The notes beneath the pieces are model-generated. The model was not told the DNA's origin. It saw only the letters and a program-made list of their open reading frames with translations, and searched no databases. The translations under genes were made by a program, and so were the position numbers. Below are positions 1 to 10,120 of a stretch of DNA of 64,000 nt, piece after piece (position 1 is the first letter of the stretch; each line of letters starts with the position of its first letter). The stretch comes from Candidatus Delongbacteria bacterium (GTDB lineage: Bacteria > CAIWAD01), in NCBI GenBank assembly GCA_963663545.1, contig OY760505.1:2592001-2656000 (forward strand). The letters run 5' to 3'.

Positions 1-2280
1 GCCGGCGCCGTGTACGACAAGGTAGAGGAACTGCGTCCCAGCCTGCCCACGGGCGTCGGCATCGACATCATCAATGACCGCTCCGAGATGTACAAGCAGC
101 GCATTGAGCTGCTGCTTAAAAACATGTCGCTGGGACTTGTTCTGGTGCTGCTGATTCTGGGCGTCTTTCTTGAGGCGCGCCTGGCCTTCTGGGTGATGAT
201 GGGAATTCCCATCTCCTTCATGGGTGCGTTGTTGATGATGCCCATCATGGGCGTCAGCCTGAACATGATCACCCTCTTCGCCTTCATTATCTCGCTTGGT
301 ATTGTCGTGGACGATGCCATCGTGATTGGCGAGGGCGTGTATTACTACCGACAGCAGGGCATGAAAGCACTGCCTGCGGCAATCAAAGGCGCGCGTGAAC
401 TGGCCATGCCCGTGGTCTTCAGCGTGCTGACAAACGTTGTTGCCTTCTTGCCGCTCTTCTTCGTGCCGGGCATGATGGGGCGCGTCTTCAAAATGATCCC
501 GGTAGTCGTCGTCAGCGCCTTCCTTGTATCACTGATGGAGTCGCTGTTCATTCTTCCCGCTCACCTTGGACACCAGAAACGCCGCGAGCTCTACGGTGTG
601 TCCAAGAAGTTGCACGAGATGCAGCAGCGTTTCGGCGATCGGTTTACCAACTGGGTCAATACGCGTTACGGCCCCTTCCTGGACGGTGTGCTCAAGCGTC
701 GCTATCTGGCCATTTCCATCGGCCTCGGCGTCCTGGTGCTCTCGCTGTCCTTTGCGGCTTCGGGTCGCATGGGCTTTAGCCTATTCCCGCAGGCCGAATC
801 GGATTTTGCCATTGCCAACATTACGCTGCCCTACGGCACCTCCGTGGACCAGACGGCTGCTGCCGCTCACAGGCTGGTTCGTGCAGCTGAGAAGGTGCGT
901 GATACAACGGGGCATCCTGAGCTAGTCGAGGGAATTCTGACGGACATTGGTCGTAGCGGTGCTCACACAGCCACAGTGCGTGTGATGCTGGCAGATCCAG
1001 ACATCCGCGACAACATCATGTCAACCGCCAACTATGTAGCCGCTTGGCGCAAGGAAGTCGGTGAGATCGCCGGTGTCGAAGAGCTGCGCATGCAGTCCGA
1101 CTTCGGCGGACCTGGAGCGGGTAAGGCGCTCACCGTGGAATTGTCACACAGACAGGTCAGCGTGCTGGAGAATGCCAGTGCCGACCTTGCGGAGGAGCTT
1201 CGCAACTTCCCCACCGTCAGCGACATCAGCGACGGTTTTCAGGCGGGCAAGCAGCAGCTCGACATCACACTGAAGCCCAGCGCGCGCAGTCTGGGACTCA
1301 ATGCGTCCGATGTAGCACGCCAGATCCGCGCAGCCTTCTATGGCAGTGAAGCTATGCGACAGCAGCGCGGCCGGAATGAAGTCAAGGTGATGGTGCGGCT
1401 TCCCGAGGAGGAGCGCAGCAGTGAGGAGAACATCCATGATTTGCTGCTCATGACGCCAGCCGGAGTGCAGGTGCCTTTGCGCGATGTCGTGGATATTCAT
1501 CGTGATCGTGCCTTCACCACAATCACACGACGTGATGGTCGCCGCGTGATACAAGTTACCGGTGATGTGACACCGCGCAGCAAGGCTGGTGAAGTCATTG
1601 CAGCACTCAACCAGAGTGAGCTGCCTGCGCTGGCGCAGCGTTACCCGGGACTGATCTATAGTTTCGAAGGACGGACAGCCGAGCAGCGGGACTCCATGTC
1701 CAGCCTGGGACGAGGCTTCCTCTTTGCATTGCTGGGTATCTTTGCCTTGCTGGCGATTCCCTTCCGCAGCTACATTCAGCCGCTTATCGTAATGACGGCT
1801 ATTCCTTTCGGCATCATTGGTGCCGTGGCCGGCCACCTGATCATGGGCTACAGTCTGTCGGTGATCTCGATGTTCGGCATCGTGGCCTTGTCGGGCGTGG
1901 TCGTCAACGATTCGTTGGTGCTCATCGATCTGGCCAATCGCAAGCGTCGCGACGAATCCATGTCCGTACACGATTCCATGCTGGCATCGGCCACGCAGCG
2001 TTTCAGGCCGATCATGCTGACGACGCTGACCACTTTCCTGGGACTGACGCCGATGATCCTGGAACGTGCTATGCAGGCGCGCTTCATGATCCCCATGGCG
2101 ATTTCGCTAGGTTTCGGCATCCTGTTCGCGACAGCGATCACACTACTGCTGGTGCCCTGTCTTTACATGGTTGCCGAAGACATGACCCGCAATTCGTATT
2201 ACACAAGAAACGGGCTGCGCAAACTGCGCGGGCGACCTTCACTTCCACCCCCACCGGGCGTGGAGGTCGTTGACGAATAA
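1..2280 (+). CDS. RND efflux transporter permease, AcrB/AcrD/AcrF family (5'-partial)
   Basis: Frame is open from base 1. It has the RND motifs GIVVDDAIVIGE, GVVVNDSLVL and RFRPIMLTTLTT, multiple TM helices and a large periplasmic loop. Confidence 0.93.
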   Translation, partial: AGAVYDKVEELRPSLPTGVGIDIINDRSEMYKQRIELLLKNMSLGLVLVLLILGVFLEARLAFWVMMGIPISFMGALLMMPIMGVSLNMITLFAFIISLGIVVDDAIVIGEGVYYYRQQGMKALPAAIKGARELAMPVVFSVLTNVVAFLPLFFVPGMMGRVFKMIPVVVVSAFLVSLMESLFILPAHLGHQKRRELYGVSKKLHEMQQRFGDRFTNWVNTRYGPFLDGVLKRRYLAISIGLGVLVLSLSFAASGRMGFSLFPQAESDFAIANITLPYGTSVDQTAAAAHRLVRAAEKVRDTTGHPELVEGILTDIGRSGAHTATVRVMLADPDIRDNIMSTANYVAAWRKEVGEIAGVEELRMQSDFGGPGAGKALTVELSHRQVSVLENASADLAEELRNFPTVSDISDGFQAGKQQLDITLKPSARSLGLNASDVARQIRAAFYGSEAMRQQRGRNEVKVMVRLPEEERSSEENIHDLLLMTPAGVQVPLRDVVDIHRDRAFTTITRRDGRRVIQVTGDVTPRSKAGEVIAALNQSELPALAQRYPGLIYSFEGRTAEQRDSMSSLGRGFLFALLGIFALLAIPFRSYIQPLIVMTAIPFGIIGAVAGHLIMGYSLSVISMFGIVALSGVVVNDSLVLIDLANRKRRDESMSVHDSMLASATQRFRPIMLTTLTTFLGLTPMILERAMQARFMIPMAISLGFGILFATAITLLLVPCLYMVAEDMTRNSYYTRNGLRKLRGRPSLPPPPGVEVVDE

Positions 2281-2283
2281 TCC

Positions 2284-2306
2284 AAGGGGGCTGCGTGCCC
2301 CCTTTT
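2284..2306 (+). terminator. Rho-independent terminator
   Basis: Hairpin AAGGGGGC-tgcgt-GCCCCCTT running into a short T tract, directly after the stop codon. Confidence 0.65.
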
Positions 2307-2586
2307 CTATGCAGCCAACTCCAGCCGCATCCCGCCTTACTGTCGCGAAGCATGCTCGCTCGCAAAGCTGTGATTGCGCACTTGTAGAATTGTTAGCGCA
2401 GAGCGACGAAAAGACATGTTATATGTGTGTGGGGTGAAAATTATTCACATGCAGTTTTATCTTTTTTTAACGTCTCTTTGCTGACTTCTTGTTGTCGCTT
2501 GTGCCAGGTCTCCGTACCCCGCGTGGGAATCCATACGGAGAACCTTTGTTGGGATGCCGTTCTGCAAATCTTCGCGAGGTTGGAAA

Positions 2587-5500
2587 ATGCAGCGTCTATG
2601 CTCTGTTTTGGCGCTTTGCCTGCTGCTGCCGTTGGCTGTGTGGGCGCGACTGGATGTGTCGGGAAACATCACTGAGAATACCCTCTGGTCACCCACTGAT
2701 TCGGTAGTGGTGATCAATGGCGTAGTCAACGTCAATGCCGGTGTGACACTCACTATCGAGCCGGGTACGGTGGTCAAGTTCTACAACACCGGTGCCCTGC
2801 TACAGGTGTATGGCGACTTGATCGCGCAAGGAGCACCCGGTGATACAATTGTATTCACTTCCTATCACGACGATTTGTACGGCGGTGATACAAATGCAAA
2901 TGGTGATGCAAGCCAGGCTGCGCCGGGCCAATGGACACAGATCGTGATACGCGATGGCGATGCGGTGGATTTGTCCTACTGCCTGATCCGCTATGCGGGA
3001 TACCGCTACAACATAGACGGTGGCTATCACAGCTGCGCGCTGCGTGCACGCTACAGAAGACTCAATCTTAGCAACAGCATCATTGAACAGACCTACTTCC
3101 ACAGTGGCAACTACTACGGAGCGCTCTACATCGATGATGGTGCCAGCCTGAGCATGGATCACTGCTCAATTGTGGACAACCAGTATCGCGGACTCTTCAC
3201 AGATGCAGTCGACTCGGTGCTGGTGCACCAGTGCGTGTTGCGCAACAATGGTGAACGCAACCAGACCAACGCGACCTACTGCGAGTTCGTGGATTCCTTT
3301 GTGGAAGACAATACTCGTGACAACGGCTACGGCGTTGTCTGCAGTGGCGCGACCCTTTACGCGGAGAACACGGTTTTCAGCGGCAATGGATACGGGCTGT
3401 ATCTGCAGGTGACGGATGTCGAGCTGAACCATTGTGTGATACGCTACTGTGCCACTCGTGGAATCGAGTTGCGTAGCCCTACCAACCTCGTGATGCACGA
3501 CTCCCGCATCGACTCCTGCGGTCCCGCCTCCTGGGCACTCAACATCAATGGCGGCACGCTGGAGTGGGAGAGTTTCGTTGACAATGAGATCGTTGACAAC
3601 GAGTGGTGGACCTTGCAGGTGCCACTGGCACAACTCAATCAGCTTATTAGCACCAACCTGATTACAGGGAACGGAAACAACAACGCACTGTATGTGACCG
3701 GTGATACATTTCCCACTGGCACTACGCGCCTGACCAACGCCTTCGCCTACTGCTTTGACGGCACCTTCACTGTGTCACAGGGTGATTCACTGATTCTTGA
3801 TCCCGGTGTGCTGATAAAATTCCACGACAACGGCGATGAAATCGACGTTTACGGTTTCATCGATGCAGTAGGTTCCGAAGCCGAACCCATTGTGCTGACG
3901 AGCTGGACAGATGATTCCTACGGCGGTGATTTTGATGGCACGCCGGGCACAGCGGGCGCTTTCGGCAATTGGCGTCGCATGTACATCGCCAATGTTCCTT
4001 CCGTGCGCCTGGAATACTGCGTGTTCCGTTTTGGCGGATACAGCAACCGCATTATGCTGCAACTCCACAACTCCAACCTTGTGATGCAGCACTGCCAGCT
4101 GGATTCAGCCTACTGCGGCGATTCCAACTACGGATCTCTCTACGCAAGTTCCAGCGTGCAAATGGATGTGGAAGACTGTGCATTCACCGGTAATCAGCAC
4201 ACGGCCATTCTAAACCTTGGCAGCTACTGCAACATGCGCCGCAATCGCTTTGTGAGCAACGGGCGCTTTGGAATTGATAATCGCGGAAGTTACGTGCTGG
4301 TAGACAGCTGCAGTTTTGAGTCCAACGCTTCTTACGGCTTTTACAACACTGGCAGCTACAATAATGTGACACGCAACACCTTCAGTGACAACGGCAACTA
4401 CGCCATCTATGCCACGGGTACCGATGTGGCCATCAACACCAATACGGTTGAGGACAACTACCGCGGAGTGGCGTGTTACACAACCGGTGACTATCGTCAG
4501 TTCCTGGGCAATAGCATCACCGGTAGCGAGGACTGGGGAATCGCGGTCAATGGCGAGAACCTGACCGACGCGTTTATCAGCAATTCGATAACCGACAATG
4601 GTTACAACAACGGCGTCTACATCAACGGTGGCCGTCTGTATGAGAGCCTCTTCCTGCCGGCAAGCCGTCCTTATGTAATCGACGACCGTCTTGGCATCGA
4701 CGGCGAGGCCACGCTTTCGCTCGAGCCTGGCACCGTACTCAAATTCCGCGACGGTGATGCGCGTCTTGATGTCTTTGGCACTTTGCTGGCGGAAGGCACG
4801 GCACAGGACAGCATCATCTTCACGTATTACACCGACGACGCATATGGTGTTGACGTGGATGGTACTCAGAATACAAGCGGAAGCCCCGGCAACTGGGAGC
4901 AAATCAGCTTCTACACAAGCACGGGAAGCTCGATGGATTACTGTCGTGTGCGCTACGCGGGTAATATTGCACCCTGCAGTGGCTGCGGCAGTGGCGGTTA
5001 CAACGCCATTAGTCTGATCAACTCTTCGTTGAATCTGGATCACAGCATCATTGAGCAGACCAGTACTACAAGCAGTTCCAGCTATCTGCGCGGAGCCATC
5101 TATACCAACAGCAACAGCGTGCTGGATATGCGCAACTCGCTGGTAGACGGTATCACGGGCTACGTGGGAATCCTCAACTACGCGACCGAGGCCATCTTCG
5201 AGAATGTGGAGATCTCGAATACAGCCTCTCACGGCATGCTCAACTATGGCAGTGAGACAAGCATGAATTTGCTGCACGCTCACAACAATGGTGCGGATGG
5301 CATCTACAGTAATGCTGCGGCCGTTGTCATTACAAACTGCCTCAGCGAGGACAATGGTGGCTGGGGTTTTGAGCTGCACAGTGCGGACGTTGTCTTCACC
5401 GACAATGTATCACGCACAAACACTTACGGCATCCATTCACAGGTAACCGGTGATGATCGCGTGCTGGAGCGCAATCAACTTCTTGACAACAGCAACTGGG

Positions 5501-8500
5501 GCGTGAGTGTCAATGGTGAAAACCTGCCCGCAGTGTTTACCAACAATACTTTCAGCGGAAACGGCCAGGGCAACGGCATTCGCATTGTCGGAGGCACACT
5601 CTACGAGTCAATTTTCCTGCCTGCAGTCTATCCGTACGACATCGACGCGCAGGTGACGGTGCACGCCGACGCCACGCTTTCCCTGGAGCCGGGTTGCGTG
5701 GTCAAGTTCAACGATGGCGATTCGATGCTGGAAATCCAGGGCTCTTTGATGGCCGAGGGTACTGCCCAGGACAGCATCGTCTTCACCTATATCAATGATG
5801 ACGACTACGGGTTTGATCTTGATGGAACACAGAATACCAGTGGCAGCCCGGGCAACTGGGAGAATCTCTACTTCTACAACAGCGAGAGCAGCGTGATGCA
5901 ATACTGTGTAGTACGCTATGCGGGCAACTACTGCAGTCGCAACAGCGCCTACACGGGTATCTTCTGCAACAATTCTGCACTGACGCTGGCAAACAGCCGA
6001 ATTGAGCATATCTCGACTACAACAAACACGAGCTACAATCGTGGTGCGGTGCTGTCAAGTGGGAGTCGCGAGTTCGCCTTCCGCGATAGCGAAGTCTACG
6101 ATGTGCGTAGTGGTGAAAGTGTGCGTTGCCAGAGCACGGCCGTTACACTTGAGGGCCTCTGGGTTCATGAAGGCCAGAGCAATGGCCTTTATGTAAGCGG
6201 TGCCAACTGTGTGATACGTGATAATACTGTTGAGGACAACAGCGGTGTCGGCATCTATGTGCAGGGCGCAGGCTGTTGGATTGACAACAACCGTTCTTTC
6301 GACAATGGCAACTACGGCCTCTACATCACGGCTGTAGCACAGCAAGTAGAAGACAACGAGCTGAGTGGCAACTCTGTGTCACCGGGATACCGTGTGCCGC
6401 TGGCCAACGCAGCCGAAACCGCTGCCTTCAATCTGGAAGAAGGGCTACCTCTGCAGCAGATCTCTGTTGACGCTGGAACACTGACGGAGGACGCCATCTG
6501 GCGCGGCGGTGTCAGCTACTGGATTCAGGGCAATGTAACCGTGCAGAGTGGTGTCACACTCAGTTTGTCGCCGGGAACGGTGATCAAAGCCGGTGGTAAC
6601 ACGCAGATGATCGTCAGCGGAAATCTTGTCGCCGACGGCTCGTTGAGTGATCAAATCGTCTTCACCAGCTATCTGGATGACAACTACGGCGGTGATACAA
6701 ACGGCGACGGTGACAATACAACACCTGCAGTTGGCAACTGGCGAGGCCTGCGTTTCAATAACTGTGGATCCGAGACCGTTTTCCGCAATACGGTAGTGCG
6801 CTATGCTGGGGACGACAATTACAGCGCCATTGATTTGAACGACTGCAGTTTCGATATCGAGAATGCCATCATCGTCAACAACCGCTACATCGGCGTCTAC
6901 GCCAGCCAGACTACCGTGACACATCTGAGCGACTGCGATATCTACGGAAACGACAATCTGGGCGTCAGCGCTCATACTTCCATTTCGCAACCCGTTGATG
7001 CGCGCAACTGCTGGTGGGGTGATCCAAGCGGCCCGTCTCACAGTTCGAATCCGGCAGGTCTGGGAGAAGACATCAGCGACAACGTACTCTGGGATCCCGC
7101 CAAGAGCCAACCGCACGACAATCCCTGGTATACGTTGCAAGGACCGGACCCCAGCGGCATTTACAAGGATGCCGTGGTGCTGGACGTGGATCAGGATGAA
7201 CTTCCCGATCTGATTGCGGGCACATCGGGCAGCGGCCTGCGTCTTTTCGTGCGCAGCGGTTTTGAGACATGGAATGCGGGAGTGGCCATCACGGCCTCAG
7301 GTACCGTGCAGCGTATTCGCCTCCACGATTTTGATGATGATGGCATTGAGGATTTGCTCTGTGCCACAGACACCGGCATCCAGATTTGGCGTTGCAACGG
7401 TGACGGCACTTTTAGTGCACTCGAAGCACCTGCGACCACGTCGAGCTACAGCGACATTCGACTGGCCTGGATCAACGGAGATGCGTGGCCCGATATCGTC
7501 GGCATCAGCCGCACGGGCGTGCGCTACGAGATCTTCCTGGGGAGTCCCACTGGCGAGTGGACGGCTGCAGCAGCTCCAAGCTCGAGTAACACGCTGCGCT
7601 CTATCAGTGTGGGCAATATCAATGGTGATGCATGGCTGGATCTGGTCGCGACAACCGAAAACAACAACGGCATTGAGGTCTGGCTGGGACAGGAAGACGG
7701 CAGCTGGCAGCAGGGTGATCGACCCGTAAGCGTCGGTATGTATTACGGCATGGATCTGGGCGACATCAACGGCGATGGCTTAGCTGATATCGCAGCTGCG
7801 AGTCTGAACGCAGGTGGTCAGATCGAAGTGATGCTGAATGACTCCGGCAACGGTTGGATCACGAGTTCGGCACCAACCAGCAGTGGCCGTTACAACGATC
7901 TCGTGTTACAGGATATGAATGGTGATGGCTCGTTGGATCTGATTGCGGCCAGCCAGACGGCGGGCGTGCAGGCCTGGGCCGGTGCTGGTGGATTGACCTG
8001 GCGCTACTGGTATCACCCCAGCACGACTGGCGCTTACGAGCGCGTTTTTGCCGGAGACTTCACCCTGGACAATTCACCGGATATACTGGCTGCTGGCAAT
8101 GGCTTGGCCATGTGGGGCAACCGCAGTGTGATACTGCCAACCGGCGAGCTGACCTTCAGTCCGCAAATCGTGTCCTTCGGACAAGTGCTGCTGGGCGTCG
8201 AGATTCAGCGCCATGTGACACTTCACAACGCTACTGCTGATTCGGTCCGCAACATTTTGATGTACTCCAGTAGTGGTGAGTTCAGTCTGGAATTGCCCAC
8301 CGGCATGAGCAATCCCTTTGCGATGGCGCCGGGTGACTCGGTGGCAGCAAGCGTCACCTATTTGCCGGTTGAGGCGGGACAGCAAAACGAGGCCGTTATC
8401 GTACGAACCGCACTGGAAGTGCTCTATGTGCCGCTAACAGCTACTGGTGTGACACAGGGCATACCTGTTTGGGAAATGAGTCTGCAAGTGCAGAACGGTA

Positions 8501-10110
8501 GTGGAGGCGTTGATGGAACGACTACGCTTTCGTTCGGCGCTGGCCCTGGAGCAAGAGCTGGTCTAGATGTTCCCTATGCAGAGACCGAATTGCCACCGCT
8601 GCCTCCGCAGTCTGTGTTCGATGTACGCTGGCTGATCGATTCGAGCGAAGGATCATTGCGCGACTATCGCGATTCCGAAACGCAAGAGCACGTGTATCAC
8701 ATCAAAGTGCAACCTGGCAATGGTGGCTGGCCGGTCACCGTCAGCTGGGATCCGCTGCTTCTGCCCAACGGGTTCTTCACCATCAGCGATCCGCTGGGTG
8801 GAGTGCTGATTCCCGAGCAGGACATGGCTCTGAGCAGTTCGATTGAGCTACCGGAAGTCTACGGCCTTGACGAGCTGGTGATACATGTTACCCCATACTT
8901 CCCCTTCGGTTGGTCGCTGGCAGGTGGCTGGAACCTGATCGCACTGCCTGTAACACCAAATCAATCGCACGTGGACAGCCTTTTTGAGAATCACACTGCT
9001 GCATGGTTCTGGGACGATGGTTATCAAGCGCTCAACGCCAACTTGAGTGGAGGAGTCGGCTACTGGTTGGAAATGCCGACGACAGCAACGGTACAGACCG
9101 AAGGCTTGACCATCAACAGTGTTGAGCTGAGTCTGGATCAAGGATGGCATCTGGTTGGCGGCCCCGGATCTGTTGTAGACCTTTCTGCTGTGACACAGAA
9201 CCCGAGCAATAGCCTAAGTGCCATGTATGGATTCCAGGGGCAGTACACGGTCGAGAGCAGCTTCGAACCCGGGCATGCGTATTGGCTGAAGGCGGAACAG
9301 GCTTGTAACATTGTCATCGAGAGCGCTCTGCGCAGCGAGCAGAAGTCTTCGCGCTCACCAATCAAACGCCAACCTGCTGTAGTGGCTACTCGTGAAGAGC
9401 CGGAATTCCTGCTGCCTCTTAGCGTTTGCACCATGGACAACTTGTGCTTCGAGTTGGCCTTTGGCCAGGATCATGATGCCAGTGTGGACCTTGATCCAGA
9501 GTTAGACGAAGCCGAGTTGCCCCCCTTGCCACCTTCATCGGTATGTGACTTGCGTTGGCGTATCACCGCAGAAGCAGGCAGCTTGCGTGATCTCCGACCC
9601 CTCGGCGATCAGGAGTATGTCCTTGAAATCCAGCCGGGAACAAACTCGACTCTAGAATTCAGCTGGGATCCGGGTATGTTGATCGGCTACACTGCAGTGA
9701 TACACGATGCCTTGGACGCGGGGTGGATCGACATTGACATGTCCACAATGGATCATCTGAGTCTGGAGGGACAAGCGCTGGCCGCCGGTTCGATTCGTAT
9801 CACGCTTAGCAACACTACTGGTGTGGAGCAAAGTCTACCACTCACTTTTGCGCTGGGGCAGAATTACCCGAACCCCTTCAACGGTGTGACCGTGATACCC
9901 TACCAGTTGCCGCGTGACTCAGAGGTCAACCTGAGTGTGTACAACCTGTTGGGTGAGCGGGTGGAGGTGCTAGTCAGCGGACGGATGCCTGCCGGTTACC
10001 ACGAGTTCCAATGGCAGAGCGAGAATCGCGGATTGGCCTCCGGCATGTACATCGTTGTGATGCAAGCCGAAGAGTTCCGCGCAGTGCGCAAGGTGGCCTT
10101 GATCAAGTGA
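2587..10110 (+). CDS. Large secreted protein: right-handed beta-helix repeats, FG-GAP/VCBS propeller, ASH-type Ig domain, two PPxPP domains, T9SS type-A-like C-terminal domain
   Basis: ATG 2587 follows GAGG and begins a signal peptide (MQRLCSVLALCLLLPLAVWA). There are five 'LEPGxVxKF...IVFTSxxDDxYGGD...GNW' units, DxNGDGxxDI repeats, and the C-terminus FALGQNYPNPFN...SGMYIVVM...KVALIK. Confidence 0.85.
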   Translation: MQRLCSVLALCLLLPLAVWARLDVSGNITENTLWSPTDSVVVINGVVNVNAGVTLTIEPGTVVKFYNTGALLQVYGDLIAQGAPGDTIVFTSYHDDLYGGDTNANGDASQAAPGQWTQIVIRDGDAVDLSYCLIRYAGYRYNIDGGYHSCALRARYRRLNLSNSIIEQTYFHSGNYYGALYIDDGASLSMDHCSIVDNQYRGLFTDAVDSVLVHQCVLRNNGERNQTNATYCEFVDSFVEDNTRDNGYGVVCSGATLYAENTVFSGNGYGLYLQVTDVELNHCVIRYCATRGIELRSPTNLVMHDSRIDSCGPASWALNINGGTLEWESFVDNEIVDNEWWTLQVPLAQLNQLISTNLITGNGNNNALYVTGDTFPTGTTRLTNAFAYCFDGTFTVSQGDSLILDPGVLIKFHDNGDEIDVYGFIDAVGSEAEPIVLTSWTDDSYGGDFDGTPGTAGAFGNWRRMYIANVPSVRLEYCVFRFGGYSNRIMLQLHNSNLVMQHCQLDSAYCGDSNYGSLYASSSVQMDVEDCAFTGNQHTAILNLGSYCNMRRNRFVSNGRFGIDNRGSYVLVDSCSFESNASYGFYNTGSYNNVTRNTFSDNGNYAIYATGTDVAINTNTVEDNYRGVACYTTGDYRQFLGNSITGSEDWGIAVNGENLTDAFISNSITDNGYNNGVYINGGRLYESLFLPASRPYVIDDRLGIDGEATLSLEPGTVLKFRDGDARLDVFGTLLAEGTAQDSIIFTYYTDDAYGVDVDGTQNTSGSPGNWEQISFYTSTGSSMDYCRVRYAGNIAPCSGCGSGGYNAISLINSSLNLDHSIIEQTSTTSSSSYLRGAIYTNSNSVLDMRNSLVDGITGYVGILNYATEAIFENVEISNTASHGMLNYGSETSMNLLHAHNNGADGIYSNAAAVVITNCLSEDNGGWGFELHSADVVFTDNVSRTNTYGIHSQVTGDDRVLERNQLLDNSNWGVSVNGENLPAVFTNNTFSGNGQGNGIRIVGGTLYESIFLPAVYPYDIDAQVTVHADATLSLEPGCVVKFNDGDSMLEIQGSLMAEGTAQDSIVFTYINDDDYGFDLDGTQNTSGSPGNWENLYFYNSESSVMQYCVVRYAGNYCSRNSAYTGIFCNNSALTLANSRIEHISTTTNTSYNRGAVLSSGSREFAFRDSEVYDVRSGESVRCQSTAVTLEGLWVHEGQSNGLYVSGANCVIRDNTVEDNSGVGIYVQGAGCWIDNNRSFDNGNYGLYITAVAQQVEDNELSGNSVSPGYRVPLANAAETAAFNLEEGLPLQQISVDAGTLTEDAIWRGGVSYWIQGNVTVQSGVTLSLSPGTVIKAGGNTQMIVSGNLVADGSLSDQIVFTSYLDDNYGGDTNGDGDNTTPAVGNWRGLRFNNCGSETVFRNTVVRYAGDDNYSAIDLNDCSFDIENAIIVNNRYIGVYASQTTVTHLSDCDIYGNDNLGVSAHTSISQPVDARNCWWGDPSGPSHSSNPAGLGEDISDNVLWDPAKSQPHDNPWYTLQGPDPSGIYKDAVVLDVDQDELPDLIAGTSGSGLRLFVRSGFETWNAGVAITASGTVQRIRLHDFDDDGIEDLLCATDTGIQIWRCNGDGTFSALEAPATTSSYSDIRLAWINGDAWPDIVGISRTGVRYEIFLGSPTGEWTAAAAPSSSNTLRSISVGNINGDAWLDLVATTENNNGIEVWLGQEDGSWQQGDRPVSVGMYYGMDLGDINGDGLADIAAASLNAGGQIEVMLNDSGNGWITSSAPTSSGRYNDLVLQDMNGDGSLDLIAASQTAGVQAWAGAGGLTWRYWYHPSTTGAYERVFAGDFTLDNSPDILAAGNGLAMWGNRSVILPTGELTFSPQIVSFGQVLLGVEIQRHVTLHNATADSVRNILMYSSSGEFSLELPTGMSNPFAMAPGDSVAASVTYLPVEAGQQNEAVIVRTALEVLYVPLTATGVTQGIPVWEMSLQVQNGSGGVDGTTTLSFGAGPGARAGLDVPYAETELPPLPPQSVFDVRWLIDSSEGSLRDYRDSETQEHVYHIKVQPGNGGWPVTVSWDPLLLPNGFFTISDPLGGVLIPEQDMALSSSIELPEVYGLDELVIHVTPYFPFGWSLAGGWNLIALPVTPNQSHVDSLFENHTAAWFWDDGYQALNANLSGGVGYWLEMPTTATVQTEGLTINSVELSLDQGWHLVGGPGSVVDLSAVTQNPSNSLSAMYGFQGQYTVESSFEPGHAYWLKAEQACNIVIESALRSEQKSSRSPIKRQPAVVATREEPEFLLPLSVCTMDNLCFELAFGQDHDASVDLDPELDEAELPPLPPSSVCDLRWRITAEAGSLRDLRPLGDQEYVLEIQPGTNSTLEFSWDPGMLIGYTAVIHDALDAGWIDIDMSTMDHLSLEGQALAAGSIRITLSNTTGVEQSLPLTFALGQNYPNPFNGVTVIPYQLPRDSEVNLSVYNLLGERVEVLVSGRMPAGYHEFQWQSENRGLASGMYIVVMQAEEFRAVRKVALIK

Positions 10111-10120
10111 GGGACCCAAG

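Noticed and set aside
2434..2448. GTGAA-AATTA-TTCAC palindrome as a Rex or CRP site
   Set aside because: The spacer is one base too long for either consensus. It may still be an operator but cannot be assigned.
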